A DNA stretch of 64,000 bases from Candidatus Poribacteria bacterium. GTDB lineage: Bacteria; Poribacteria; WGA-4E; WGA-3G. Of this stretch, positions 53,864-62,263 are shown one piece after another. The stretch spans positions 19,400-83,399 of the forward strand of contig JAGWBV010000003.1 in NCBI GenBank assembly GCA_021295715.1. Direction: 5' to 3'. The stretch's first letter is position 1, and every line of letters begins with the position of its first letter. A program made the position numbers and the translations under genes. The notes beneath the pieces are model-generated. The model ran no database searches, was not told where the DNA came from, and was given only the letters and a program-made list of their open reading frames with translations.

Positions 53864-56569
53864 CTAAAAAAGCTGCTGGGGTCCTTGGACGTGACTGAAA
53901 TAGGTCTGCGTCAGGACATCGGAGATAGCAATCATTATCTGCGCGAGCCGGACCAAGAGTTTTTCTAATCCTCTACGTTGTGTTGTATGCTCCGAACGTT
54001 CCGAGAGTTCCACTGTATCGGAAAGCTGCAACTGCGTTAGTGCCTCCAAAATGAGTTGTTCTTCCTCGCTGAGTCGATAGCCGAGTTTTTCTCTCGGAAG
54101 CACACGGATTTGTTCCTCAAGCCGTTTTAATTGATATAGAAGTGAGCGTGGATTGTGTTCATCGAGAAGTAGCAATTCAAGAACAGTTGGAAAGTGAAGT
54201 GCTGCGCGATATCGACTGCGATACGTGATCAAACTTTCAGCCGCAGCGAGAACAGATTCAAGTAGGAGTCGTTCGATCCATTCATCTTGCACTGCGACGA
54301 GACTGGAACGACACAGCACAATCAGAAGCATCGCACGTTCAATACGCCGCCCCATATCCATGCTGATCCAGCCGATCGTTTGGGTCATGCTCTCGGCGTT
54401 AAGTCCGCTTAATGCTGAAAGAAAAATCATGAGCTGATCGAGTGCAGCCAATTCTGTGTCTTGTAAGATAAAATCCGTTAGTATCTGTGCGTCTGTGTCG
54501 CCTTCTTTGGGCATACGTCTATCAAGTGCGGCGCATAAATCCTCAATATTGTTCATCACACGCCACGTATCGGTGGACCAGCGATCTCGGACAGCATACG
54601 CCGCACTAAGGAGTGCCTGAAGCGTTGACACGAGACTCCCGCTGTTTTCTGTATCCCGCATGATGGAAAGGAGTTCGCTTTCCAGTGATTGTTCGTCTTT
54701 TCTGACAAAACCGGGGTGAGACGACCTTAAACCCGTGAGAGAACGAAGCATACTACGGAGGTACGCAAGTTCAGAAACCTCTCTCGCATCTTCGCCAACA
54801 ATCTCCGTGAAAACAGTGGACGGTGGCACCTCGCCTAAAGTCGAAGTCTCCAAACCCATCTGGCTCATCTTGACCTTATCCAACATAATTCGGAGGAGAC
54901 GTGCCTGTCCCTCGGCGCGTTCCGCATAGCGACCGACCCAGAACAGGTTTTCAGCTGCCCGACTCGACAATCCAGCAGGATTCGTAGAAGCAGGACCCCG
55001 CACCTCAGTGATACGCCGCTGCCATAAACTGACATGCGGCTCAGGTTCTGAAGCGAGCACCCAAGTATCCTTACTAACACCACCATCTTGGATTGAGATC
55101 GTCAACTCACCTCTGTCTCCGGCACAACGCGTGAGTGCACCGGGCATCACGGCGTAGCCCTCTTTTTCAGCAAATAGAAAACAACGGAGGATTGCGCGGC
55201 GTGGTTCAAGTTTCCCTTCAATCAACGAAGGTGTTGTCGATAAGTGAATATGTTCCTGTCCGACATACAAGTGCGGATTTGCATTAATCTGGATACGGAG
55301 TGTGTCAAGTGCCGCCTTGCTAAGCTGCATCCCAAACAGCGGTCCTTCCCCTGGTTGACGGTGAATGGTTTTAATAACCAACTTTTCAAGGTTCGCCAAC
55401 ACATATTCCCGCTGCTTCGGTTCCCCACACCACCATGTTGCAACAGATGGGAGACGGAGGTCTTCGCCCATCAAGTGCTTTGAGATGCCCGGCAGGAAGG
55501 GCATCAACCCCGGATTTTCCAAAACACCGCTGCCGGGTGGGTTTATCACGATCACGTTTCCCTGTCGAATTGCTTCCAGTAAGCCGGCAACGCCAAGTTG
55601 CGAATCTTGTCGGAGTTCCAACGGGTCACAGAAGGTGTCGTCTACTCGGCGCAGGATGATATCGACGGGACGTAAACCGTCAAGTGATTTTAGCCAGACC
55701 CGTCCATCCCACACCGTCAAATCGTCACCTTGGACTAAAGTATAACCGAGGTAATTCGCGAGATAGGCATGCTCAAAGTAAGTTTCGTTGAGGGGACCAG
55801 GGGTGAGTACAACGACGTGCGGATTTTCTGCCTGGTGCGGCGCGATACGGATGGCACTTTCGAGTTGATATTGCAGATCTGCCACACTGTTTTGGAGTGC
55901 ACGGAAGAAAAAGGAGAGTCGATGAACGCCGACTTCGCCAAAGAAATTCGGCAGTGCTCGCGCAAGAACGGTACGGTTTTCGAGCGCGTAACCGGCACCT
56001 GATGGTGCTTGTGCCCGATCACTGAGTATCCATATATTGCCATCTGGTCCGCGTGCCAAATCGGCGGCATAATTCAGCAGGAATGGGAATCCAGAGGAAG
56101 CAAGTCCGACACACGCCCGTAAAAACCCTGCATGTGCATAAACCACTTCCGGTGGTATCACCCCATCTTTGATCAAGGTGCGTTCCCCGTAGAGATCGTT
56201 CAAAATCAGGTTCAGCAGTTCCGCACGTTGGGTAAGTCCATTAGAGATCGTTTGCCAGTCAGTGTTCGAGATGATAAATGGAATGGGATCAAGTTCCCAT
56301 GGACGATGTCCGTGCTGCTCCCCGTGTAAGACGTAAGTAACACCATTCTCACGGAGCAGGCGTTTCACCTCGTTGTCGCGAGATTCCATCTCTGCGAGTC
56401 CTAAGGTGTCGAGTGCCTGCACAAAGGCGTGCCAGTGCGGATTGATCCGTCCATCCCGGTTCAGCATTTCATCAATCTGTCCAGTCGGAAAGTCGCCTGT
56501 ACTTCCATAAGGCAAGTCAGCGGAATGAGCGGTGTTATAACTATCGTCAATCACCTTCCAATTTTCCAT
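53864..56569 (-). CDS. Fused circularly permuted type-2 ATP-grasp / alpha-E domain protein
   Basis: The N-terminal half is paralogous to 62264..63706 (…LENRTVLARALPNFF…, YFEHAYLANYLGYTLVQGDDLTV, VINPPGSGVLENPGLMPFLP). The C-terminal half is paralogous to 61265..62254 (LFWVGRYAERAE, ...RIERA). Confidence 0.85.
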   Translation of the reverse strand: MENWKVIDDSYNTAHSADLPYGSTGDFPTGQIDEMLNRDGRINPHWHAFVQALDTLGLAEMESRDNEVKRLLRENGVTYVLHGEQHGHRPWELDPIPFIISNTDWQTISNGLTQRAELLNLILNDLYGERTLIKDGVIPPEVVYAHAGFLRACVGLASSGFPFLLNYAADLARGPDGNIWILSDRAQAPSGAGYALENRTVLARALPNFFGEVGVHRLSFFFRALQNSVADLQYQLESAIRIAPHQAENPHVVVLTPGPLNETYFEHAYLANYLGYTLVQGDDLTVWDGRVWLKSLDGLRPVDIILRRVDDTFCDPLELRQDSQLGVAGLLEAIRQGNVIVINPPGSGVLENPGLMPFLPGISKHLMGEDLRLPSVATWWCGEPKQREYVLANLEKLVIKTIHRQPGEGPLFGMQLSKAALDTLRIQINANPHLYVGQEHIHLSTTPSLIEGKLEPRRAILRCFLFAEKEGYAVMPGALTRCAGDRGELTISIQDGGVSKDTWVLASEPEPHVSLWQRRITEVRGPASTNPAGLSSRAAENLFWVGRYAERAEGQARLLRIMLDKVKMSQMGLETSTLGEVPPSTVFTEIVGEDAREVSELAYLRSMLRSLTGLRSSHPGFVRKDEQSLESELLSIMRDTENSGSLVSTLQALLSAAYAVRDRWSTDTWRVMNNIEDLCAALDRRMPKEGDTDAQILTDFILQDTELAALDQLMIFLSALSGLNAESMTQTIGWISMDMGRRIERAMLLIVLCRSSLVAVQDEWIERLLLESVLAAAESLITYRSRYRAALHFPTVLELLLLDEHNPRSLLYQLKRLEEQIRVLPREKLGYRLSEEEQLILEALTQLQLSDTVELSERSEHTTQRRGLEKLLVRLAQIMIAISDVLTQTYFSHVQGPQQLF

Positions 56570-56709
56570 ATCTGTCCTGATAAAATTGTAAAGTTTCCAA
56601 GGGTCTAAAATTTCAAAGTTGTAAAATGGTCAGAAGCGATTAAACCCTCTTGCAACTTCCTAACTTCTTAACTTGCAAACTACCTTGTGGCTCCACATCT
56701 GGCACCATG

Positions 56710-59700
56710 TCAAGAGTTTCTACGGAGATCCAATGTGTACGGATATTCGGCATTTGTTTCTTCCGGTGGAACGACCATCGGACCCGGCGGATTCCCTGCT
56801 GGAGAAAACTCTCCGGTTGATGCCGAAACCGGAGGCGGTTGCATAACGCTCGGCGTATGTCCGTCAGTCCCGAACCGATTCACGCGTCGGGATTCCGCCT
56901 CGTAGGCGTTGACAGGGAAGGTGTCGTAGTGCCGCCCACCCGGATGCGAGACATGATAGGTGCAACCTCCGATTGAACGACCGTTCCACGTGTCAATGAT
57001 GTCAAACACAAGCGGTGAGTGTATACCGATAGTTGGATGCAATGCTGATGGGGGTTGCCATGCACGATAGCGCACTCCACCAACGTATTCCCCATGTGTC
57101 CCTGTATTGTGAAGAATTAAACGACGCCCGTTGCACGTCACAATGTATCGGGAGTCCGTCAATCCAGATACTCTCACCTGAAGCCTTTCAACAGATGAAT
57201 CAACAAAACGTGAGGTACCTGCTCGGGTAACCTCCTCGCCCAACACATGCCACGGTTCAATCGCCATCCTCAATTCGATTTCAATATCTCGTATATTCAC
57301 ACTGCCTAACTTCGGGAAACGGAATTCAAAAAATGGATCCAACCATGCCATCTCAAACGGATAACCAGCCTCTTGCAGTTCGGTAATGACCTCCTGTATA
57401 TCAGCCCGAACGTAGTGATACAGCATGAATCGGTCATGCAATTCTGTCCCCCAGCGCACGAGTTTCCCCTTGTAAGGGGTCTTCCAGAATTTGGCGATTA
57501 ATGCGCGCACTAACAGCATCTGCACAATGCTCATCTGTGCATGCGGTGGCATCTCGAAAGCCCGAAGCTCAAGCAGTCCGAGTCTTCCACTTGCTGAATC
57601 AGGGGAATAGAGTTTATCAATACAGAATTCCGCACGATGCGTATTCCCCGTGAGATCTACCATAAGGTGTCTCAGCAACCTGTCTACCAACCAAGGTGGA
57701 ACATCTTCAGCATCACCGATCATTTCCACAGACGGCATCTGTTCAAAAGCGACCTCAAGTTCATAGAGTTGTTCATCACGTCCTTCGTCCACTCGAGGTG
57801 CCTGACTCGTGGGTCCAATAAATGTACCGGAAAAGAGATAAGACAAACTGGGGTGATGTTGCCAGTGGGTGATAAGACTTCTCAGTAAATCCGGTCGCCT
57901 CAGAAATGGACTATCCGCAGGAGTAGCACCACCAACTACAATATGATTGCCGCCACCGGTTCCCATGTGCCTACCGTCCAACATGAATTTCTCAGCACCA
58001 AGTCCTTCTAACCGCGCTTGTTCGTAAAGGGTCGTGGTATTCTGGACCACTTCCTCCCAATTTTTCGCCGGATGAATGTTCACCTCAACCACGCCTGGAT
58101 CGGGTGTCACGTCTAAGGATTCAATCCGAGAATCATGCGGAATCTCATATCCTTCGAGAATCACCGGCATGTTCAACGCTTCGGCAGTCGCCTCAGTTGC
58201 CTCAAGAAGCTGCAGATAATGCTCTACATGCGTCAAAGGGGGCATAAAAATGTGCAATCGTCCGTCCCGCGGTTCAATGCACAGAGCTGTTTGAAAAATC
58301 GGCGGAAGCGCGCCATCACGATGATTGTGATCGCGTGACTTCTGAGTTTGTGTATCTCTATTTTCAGTTGCAGGTGTGTCTTCCGTGTGGTCTGCGCCCA
58401 ATACCTCCAAACTTTCCTCGCATGGCTCCAGAGGGTCGCGTTCGTAAACTATCTCCTGCTGTTCCTCCGGCACCCACTCTAAAGACTCCAAGGGTAGACG
58501 TAACCCGATAGATGAATCACCGGGGGTTAAGAACATGCGTCCACCCCTAAAACGCCACGAACAACTCTCCCAAACATTAGCTACAAGATCCCAACGGAGC
58601 GGTAGCGCGTACCCGATCGGTTCCCCGAGCGTGTCAGTCTGTAGAAGTTGCGCGAGTCGGTGTCGTTCGGAAGCTTCCTTGAAATCAAATTCAAGCGGAT
58701 CAATGTTGACAGGAAGTCTCTCTTCCGTCCAAAGGAAAAAAAACGCGTCTTCATAAGCGGGGACTATTTGATCGGGCAAGAGTCCCAAGCGTTTGACGAG
58801 GTGGTGCACGAATCTCTCGGCATCTTGAGCACCGAAACCATAGTCTTTATGTGGTTCGGCGAGAAGCTTATCGTTTCGCCAAACGGGGACCCCGTCCTTC
58901 CGCCAAAAACACCCGAACTTCCAACGGGGTAACGGCTCGCCGGGGTACCATTTTCCTTGTCCATAATAGAGCGCGCCACCGGGTCCGAAACTATCGCGCA
59001 AACGCAGTAAAAGTCCTGCTCCCAATTCCCTTTTCCTCGGACTGTCCGCCTCGGTATCCCATTCCTCACCTTCCGTGTCATCAATGGATACAAAAGTAGG
59101 TTCACCGCCCATTGTCAGTCGAATGTCGTTCCGAATTATATCTTCGTCAACCTGCTGTCCGAGGCCATTAATATGAGCCCACTGCGTTTCCGTGTAAGGT
59201 TTTGTCACGCGCGGGTCTTCATGGATACGCTGGACGGTGTTGCTATAGGTAAATTCTGTTTCACACGGATCTGTATAGCCAGTGACGGGTGCCGCACTCA
59301 CCGGATCCGGCACACACGCCAACGGAATATGCCCTTCGCCTGCAAATAAGCCGGACGTAGGATCCAACCCTACCCAGCCTGCACCGGGTGCGTAAACCTC
59401 GCACCAAGCATGTAAATCGGTAAAGTCTTGGGGTGGACCGGCGGGTCCGTCTACAGGTTTTTGATCCGCAACAAGTTGGACGAGGTATCCAGAGACAAAC
59501 CGAGCGGCTAAGCCAAGGTGGCGTAAAATCTGAACGAGCAACCAACCCGTATCCCGGCATGAACCGATCTGCTTTTCTAACGTCTCTTCACAGGATTGGA
59601 CACCCGGTTCCATCCGAATCGTGTACTTTACATCTTTCCATAGGCGTTGGTTAATGTCAACGAGAAAATCATTCGTTTCCTGCTTCGTCCGTGGAACATC

Positions 59701-60096
59701 TTCTAACCAAGCTGTAAGCAGGGGACCATTTTCTTTGATCTCAAGGAAAGGGGCTAATTCCTCTTTGAGCTGCGCGTCGTAAGTGAATGGATAGTGTTCG
59801 GCACTCGTTTCCAGGAAAAAATCGAACGGATTGATGATGGTCATATCCGCAACAAGATCGACTTCAACTGACAAAGCACGCGTGGGTTCCAAGAAAACAA
59901 CACGAGCCTGATAATTACCGAATGGATCCTGCTGCCAGTTAATAAAATGATTCTCAGGTTCGATTCTGAGTGAATACGCTTCAATCGGTGTGCGGCAGTG
60001 GACCGCAGGTCTCAACCGAAAAACGTGTGGAGACAGGTTGACAAGCCGATCATAGCGATACAGAGATTTGTGGTTGATTGCTACATGGATAGCCAT
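56710..60096 (-). CDS. Large transglutaminase-family protein (Bact_transglu_N + transglutaminase core + DUF2126-type C-terminal region)
   Basis: Motifs MAIHVAINHKSLYRYDR, GSCRDTGWLLVQILRHLGLAARFVSGY, LHAWCEV and GLDPTSG, then a conserved-looking extension of about 800 aa; 1128 aa. Confidence 0.85.
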   Translation of the reverse strand: MAIHVAINHKSLYRYDRLVNLSPHVFRLRPAVHCRTPIEAYSLRIEPENHFINWQQDPFGNYQARVVFLEPTRALSVEVDLVADMTIINPFDFFLETSAEHYPFTYDAQLKEELAPFLEIKENGPLLTAWLEDVPRTKQETNDFLVDINQRLWKDVKYTIRMEPGVQSCEETLEKQIGSCRDTGWLLVQILRHLGLAARFVSGYLVQLVADQKPVDGPAGPPQDFTDLHAWCEVYAPGAGWVGLDPTSGLFAGEGHIPLACVPDPVSAAPVTGYTDPCETEFTYSNTVQRIHEDPRVTKPYTETQWAHINGLGQQVDEDIIRNDIRLTMGGEPTFVSIDDTEGEEWDTEADSPRKRELGAGLLLRLRDSFGPGGALYYGQGKWYPGEPLPRWKFGCFWRKDGVPVWRNDKLLAEPHKDYGFGAQDAERFVHHLVKRLGLLPDQIVPAYEDAFFFLWTEERLPVNIDPLEFDFKEASERHRLAQLLQTDTLGEPIGYALPLRWDLVANVWESCSWRFRGGRMFLTPGDSSIGLRLPLESLEWVPEEQQEIVYERDPLEPCEESLEVLGADHTEDTPATENRDTQTQKSRDHNHRDGALPPIFQTALCIEPRDGRLHIFMPPLTHVEHYLQLLEATEATAEALNMPVILEGYEIPHDSRIESLDVTPDPGVVEVNIHPAKNWEEVVQNTTTLYEQARLEGLGAEKFMLDGRHMGTGGGNHIVVGGATPADSPFLRRPDLLRSLITHWQHHPSLSYLFSGTFIGPTSQAPRVDEGRDEQLYELEVAFEQMPSVEMIGDAEDVPPWLVDRLLRHLMVDLTGNTHRAEFCIDKLYSPDSASGRLGLLELRAFEMPPHAQMSIVQMLLVRALIAKFWKTPYKGKLVRWGTELHDRFMLYHYVRADIQEVITELQEAGYPFEMAWLDPFFEFRFPKLGSVNIRDIEIELRMAIEPWHVLGEEVTRAGTSRFVDSSVERLQVRVSGLTDSRYIVTCNGRRLILHNTGTHGEYVGGVRYRAWQPPSALHPTIGIHSPLVFDIIDTWNGRSIGGCTYHVSHPGGRHYDTFPVNAYEAESRRVNRFGTDGHTPSVMQPPPVSASTGEFSPAGNPPGPMVVPPEETNAEYPYTLDLRRNS

Positions 60097-60136
60097 CTTT
60101 TAATTACACCTTGCGGATTTTAATTATACCTTGCGG
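60097..60136. repeat. Two tandem copies of the 20-nt MITE end abutting the start codon of the DUF2126-type gene
   Basis: CTTTTAATTACACCTTGCGG (60097-60116) and ATTTTAATTATACCTTGCGG (60117-60136). Confidence 0.85.
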
Positions 60137-60245
60137 TAAGAATGGCAATCGGCTATCCCCAAGGTAAATTTAACATTCCCCGTCAAATCCCCATGCTTTA
60201 GCTTGCGGGATGTAGACGGCATATAGGTTTACCATTAAAAAACAC

Positions 60246-60274
60246 TTGACATTTCGTCCAAAATATTGTATAAT
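60246..60274 (+). promoter_or_regulatory. Perfect-consensus sigma70 promoter upstream of tnpB
   Basis: TTGACA (60246-60251), 17-nt spacer, TATAAT (60269-60274). Confidence 0.6.
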
Positions 60275-60372
60275 TATAGCATCAGTTTGGCAGACAGTTC
60301 AAGCGTAATCGCAAGATTGCGTGTCTGCCTACCCACTTGAACGGGGTTAAACGAACTGATAACTGATAAACC

Positions 60373-61194
60373 ATGAGAAAAGCCTACAAACATAAACTAC
60401 AAAATCAATCTAACACAATCAGACTTGGCAATATGATTGACGATATGTGGGATATACACGTTCATGTCCTACTATTGGCACGTCGGTATTATCGTATGTT
60501 CGGTAAGAACCTTTCAGCCAATCGCATCAATAAGCATATCACAAAACTCAAAAAGCGAACAAAACCACATTGGGCAGACCTACCAAGTCAAGTTATTCAA
60601 GACGTTGTGTTACGTTACGGCAAATCTCGGGACGCTTTTTTTGATAACATAAAAGCTCGTAAAGCGGGTGAAACAACACGTAAAGTTGGTTTTCCGAAGA
60701 TAAAACCGCGTCAGAAATACAACTCAATGACGTTTACACAAGCAGGCTACACACTTGAAGATAATCGTATCAAAATCAATTGTATAGACACATGGTTCTC
60801 TTTTCATAAACACCGTGAAATTAACGGTGTCATTAAAACGATCACAATCAAACGCGATAGGTGCGGCGACTATTGGATATGCTTTTCGTGCGAGAATGTT
60901 AACGATTCCGAACCCAAAGCCAAGACGGGTAAGAGCGCAGGTTTTGATTACGGAAACAAAACATTCCTAACAAGCGACGAAGGCACTAAGATAGAATCTC
61001 CGCAGTTTTTCAAACAATCTCTCAAGACGTTACGATCTCTCAACAAAGCATTGAGTCGTAAAGTCAAAGGTTCTAACAATTGGTATCGTACGTACCGTGC
61101 TTTAGCACGGCACCACAGAAAAGTTGCCCGACAAAGAGAAGATTGGCAGTGGAAACGTGCTGACGAACTCTGCACAGCGTTCTTGGCTGCCTAA
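60373..61194 (+). CDS. tnpB: TnpB (IS605 OrfB family) N-terminal fragment, 273 aa, lacking RuvC-II/III and the zinc finger
   Basis: Typical TnpB N-terminus MRKAYKHKL.P, LPSQVIQDVVLRYGKSRDAFF, and the RuvC-I motif SAGFDYGNKTFLT. The ORF stops at ...REDWQWKRADELCTAFLAA*, just before the conserved (I/V)xxEDL glutamate. No CxxC pairs follow in any frame. Confidence 0.8.
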   Translation: MRKAYKHKLQNQSNTIRLGNMIDDMWDIHVHVLLLARRYYRMFGKNLSANRINKHITKLKKRTKPHWADLPSQVIQDVVLRYGKSRDAFFDNIKARKAGETTRKVGFPKIKPRQKYNSMTFTQAGYTLEDNRIKINCIDTWFSFHKHREINGVIKTITIKRDRCGDYWICFSCENVNDSEPKAKTGKSAGFDYGNKTFLTSDEGTKIESPQFFKQSLKTLRSLNKALSRKVKGSNNWYRTYRALARHHRKVARQREDWQWKRADELCTAFLAA

Positions 61195-61264
61195 AGTGGA
61201 GCGACAGTCAGACGGTGGACTCTTAGAGAAAACCGCAGTCGCGAGGAAGCACAAGCCCCTACCT

Positions 61265-62254
61265 TCAGGTAGTGGGTACCTTTGACAGGCTGTTCGCGGA
61301 TTCTCCATTGACGGGGCGCAAAGCCAAAAAGGTCTTATGGATATCATCACCGACTAAGTTCAACTTAGTTTGGAAGGCATCAAGAAATTCGTGCAAACCC
61401 GTCGAGAGAATCTGTTTGACTTGAGTATACGCAAATTCAGCACGCAACTGTCCCAAACGCTGCTCTGCCGGATTCGAGAATGTCTCTGAGGGAGTACCAG
61501 AGATGGCGTGTAGGGACTCCTCTGCCTTGGAGAGACAGTAAAGCACAGAGCGCGGGAAATCGCGATCTAAGAGTAGAAACGCCACAACATCGTCGGGTGA
61601 GATAAGCCCATACGTCCGACGATACATTTCAAAGCCACTGGCGGAATGGAGCAGCGCGCCCCACTGAATATCGTCAAATGGCGTGTTCACATCCCAGATA
61701 GATGGCAGTAAAATAAAGTATTTGACATCAACGATTCTTGATGTTTTATCAGCGCGTTCGATAAGACGTCCCAACTGGCTGAAATGCCACGCTTCGCTAT
61801 GTGACATGATGTTATCTGTCAGTCCCATGAAGAGGTGGGAGGCGAGTTTGATTTCTCGAAAGAATTCATGCGGTTCATCCATTGCCCACTGTTCGGAGGT
61901 GTTTGCCACTAATAAGTAGGCATCATTTAACTGTTCCCACATCTCTGATGAGATGTTTTCGCGTACCGACCGGGCATTTTCACGTCCAGCTCGCAGACAC
62001 GAGACAATCGAATTCGGATTTTCAGCGTCGAATGCCAAAAACCGAATTACCGCCTCGCGTGATGATTCCCCGTATCGCTCAGCGAATACCTCATCATCAC
62101 CTGTCGTAGCAACCAACGGTTCCCACTGCGTCTGCATATCGGCTGGTGCATCAAGAATCAGTTGCAAGTTAACATCCACAAAACGGGCAACGTTTTCAGC
62201 ACGTTCTATGTAGCGACTCATCCAGTAAATTGATTCTGCAACGCGACTTAGCAT
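61265..62254 (-). CDS. Alpha-E domain protein (DUF403-type)
   Basis: MLSRVAESIYWMSRYIERAENVARF... and LGRLIERADKTSRI. It is 329 aa and lies 9 nt downstream of the ATP-grasp gene. Confidence 0.85.
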   Translation of the reverse strand: MLSRVAESIYWMSRYIERAENVARFVDVNLQLILDAPADMQTQWEPLVATTGDDEVFAERYGESSREAVIRFLAFDAENPNSIVSCLRAGRENARSVRENISSEMWEQLNDAYLLVANTSEQWAMDEPHEFFREIKLASHLFMGLTDNIMSHSEAWHFSQLGRLIERADKTSRIVDVKYFILLPSIWDVNTPFDDIQWGALLHSASGFEMYRRTYGLISPDDVVAFLLLDRDFPRSVLYCLSKAEESLHAISGTPSETFSNPAEQRLGQLRAEFAYTQVKQILSTGLHEFLDAFQTKLNLVGDDIHKTFLALRPVNGESANSLSKVPTT

Positions 62255-62263
62255 GACCTCCTC

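Larger units (their letters stand above)
60140..61285 (+). mobile_element. IS200/IS605-family (tnpB-only) element remnant; boundaries approximate
   Basis: Carries a consensus promoter, a structured leader, a truncated tnpB ORF and a terminal hairpin CTACC-TTCA-GGTAG (61259-61272). It interrupts the otherwise co-oriented ATP-grasp/alpha-E/transglutaminase cluster on the opposite strand. Confidence 0.6.
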
